From Candidatus Methylomirabilia bacterium (GTDB lineage: Bacteria; Methylomirabilota; Methylomirabilia; Rokubacteriales; CSP1-6), in assembly GCA_041499965.1 (NCBI GenBank), contig JBGQLG010000001.1, positions 2,672 through 66,671 of the forward strand: DNA of 64,000 bases, in the 5' to 3' direction. The notes under the pieces are model-generated. The model was not told the DNA's origin and searched no databases. It saw only the letters and a program-made list of their open reading frames with translations. A program made the position numbers and the translations under genes. Positions 62,884 through 64,000 of the stretch are shown here, piece by piece (position 1 is the first letter of the stretch; each line of letters opens with the position of its first letter).

Positions 62884-64000
62884 GACCGCCGCCCCAGGCC
62901 GAACAGCTCGTGGACCAGCTCCAGCCACGAACGGCCGGCGCCGGCCCGCGACGACTCGCGCAGCTTCGTGATGGGCGCGTGCAGGATTTTGTTCACCATC
63001 GCGCTCGACAGCGCGTCGATCGCCGCCCGCGTCTCCGGCGTGGCCTCGGGCAGGCGGGCCAGCGTCTTCTTCACCTCGCCCAGCCGGATCTCCTCGAGCC
63101 GCGCGCGCAGCGACACGATCGTCGGGATCACCTCGGCGTCGCCCTGGCGGGCCAGGAACTTGCCCACCTCGCGCTCCACCAGGGTCTCGGCCCGCTGCGC
63201 CTCGCGGGCCCGCTCGCGCAGGTTGGCGTCGACCACCTGCTTGAGGTCGTCGATGTCGTAGCGGTAGACGTCGTCGAGCCCGTCCACGCCGGCCTCGACG
63301 TCGCGGGGGACGGCGATGTCGATGAAGAACAGCGGTCGGCCGCGACGGCCGTGCATCACGCGCATCACCGCCGCCCGGGTGACGACCGGCTCGGTGGCCC
63401 CGGTCGAGGTGACGACGATGTCCACCGCGGCCAGCGCCGTCGGCAGCTCGTCCCACGGCACCGCCGTGCCCGCCAGCGCGCGGGCCAGCTCCACGGCCCG
63501 GGCCCACGTGCGATTCGCGACGTAAATCGGGAACGCGCCCTGCTCGACGAGGTGCTTGGCCGCCAGCTCGCTCATCTTGCCGGCGCCGACCAGCAGGACC
63601 GCCCGGCCGCCCAGCCCGTCGAAGATCTTCTTGGCCAGCTCGACCGCCGCGAAGGAGACCGACACCGCGTGCCGGGCGACCTCCGTCTCCGTCCGCACGC
63701 GCTTGGCGACGTTGAAGGCGTGGCTGAAGAGCGGGTGCAGGTGCGGCCCCACCGCCTCGCAAGCCTGGGCCAGGGCGAAGGCGTCCTTCACCTGGCCGAG
63801 GATCTGCGGCTCGCCGATCATCATGGAGTCGAGGCTGGACGACACCCGGAAGGCGTGGCGAACGGCGTCGGCGTCGAGATGCGTGTAGAGCAATGGCTCC
63901 ACGGTGCCGAGGTCCACGCCGCGATGGCGGCACAGCGCCCGGAAGGCCAGCGCCCGGGCCTCGCCCGGCGCCTCGGCCACGCCGTAGACCTCCACCCGGT
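62880..64000 (-). CDS. hemA: Glutamyl-tRNA reductase, 5' end outside the window
   Basis: GEPQILGQVK, NAD-binding VGAGKMSE. The family N-terminus (catalytic Cys region) is missing, so the gene continues past 64000. Confidence 0.9.
   Translation of the reverse strand, partial: RVEVYGVAEAPGEARALAFRALCRHRGVDLGTVEPLLYTHLDADAVRHAFRVSSSLDSMMIGEPQILGQVKDAFALAQACEAVGPHLHPLFSHAFNVAKRVRTETEVARHAVSVSFAAVELAKKIFDGLGGRAVLLVGAGKMSELAAKHLVEQGAFPIYVANRTWARAVELARALAGTAVPWDELPTALAAVDIVVTSTGATEPVVTRAAVMRVMHGRRGRPLFFIDIAVPRDVEAGVDGLDDVYRYDIDDLKQVVDANLRERAREAQRAETLVEREVGKFLARQGDAEVIPTIVSLRARLEEIRLGEVKKTLARLPEATPETRAAIDALSSAMVNKILHAPITKLRESSRAGAGRSWLELVHELFGLGRRS

Overview
High-GC (roughly two-thirds G+C by eye), very gene-dense bacterial chromosomal window. 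I call 62 protein-coding genes (57 on the minus strand), one three-tRNA operon, and no rRNA, CRISPR array, IS element or prophage. Content is overwhelmingly core metabolism and housekeeping. Left to right: rmuC, a TIGR02757/DUF2400 gene, nadX and a methyltransferase. Next is a ~10 kb translationally coupled minus-strand string, glcDEF-cupin-lutABC-DUF2203-HAD-trxB-hypothetical, then korAB (2-oxoacid:ferredoxin oxidoreductase). A GltC-like LysR regulator plus a CBS protein sits divergent from gltBD. A string radical-SAM(TIGR03960)-moaA-chlorite-dismutase-family-PPOX-DUF1624-small membrane ORF-DUF4124 follows, then lgt, a short MBL-fold gene and tRNA Gly-Cys-Leu. After these come galT-gpsA-plsY-pgsA-comB-argGFDB-hslUV-xerC-topA-dprA, cpoB, moeA and a complete Alternative Complex III operon (actABCDEF). 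The window ends with a heme operon, hemA(partial)-hemC-hemD-hemB ... hemL, interrupted by an Rrf2-cysK-CysO-like-JAMM sulfur module. I see no defence, toxin or mobile system. The items that do not fit ordinary annotation are: (1) a 187-nt near-perfect hairpin element between convergent genes (3878-4064); (2) a 305-nt structured, G7-run- and repeat-containing spacer inside the cysteine module (58473-58777); (3) the rSAM-moaA-Cld-PPOX-DUF1624 string; (4) two places where coding signal lacks a canonical start (a CTGA junction at 3214; an in-frame TAG at 25951); (5) a CysO-like carrier with a GG-AWS tail encoded by the overlap with the JAMM gene. Many long ORFs in the supplied track are antisense or 5'-extended artefacts of high GC. 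I trimmed gene starts using start/stop overlaps, SD-like motifs and family N-termini, so starts are less certain than stops.
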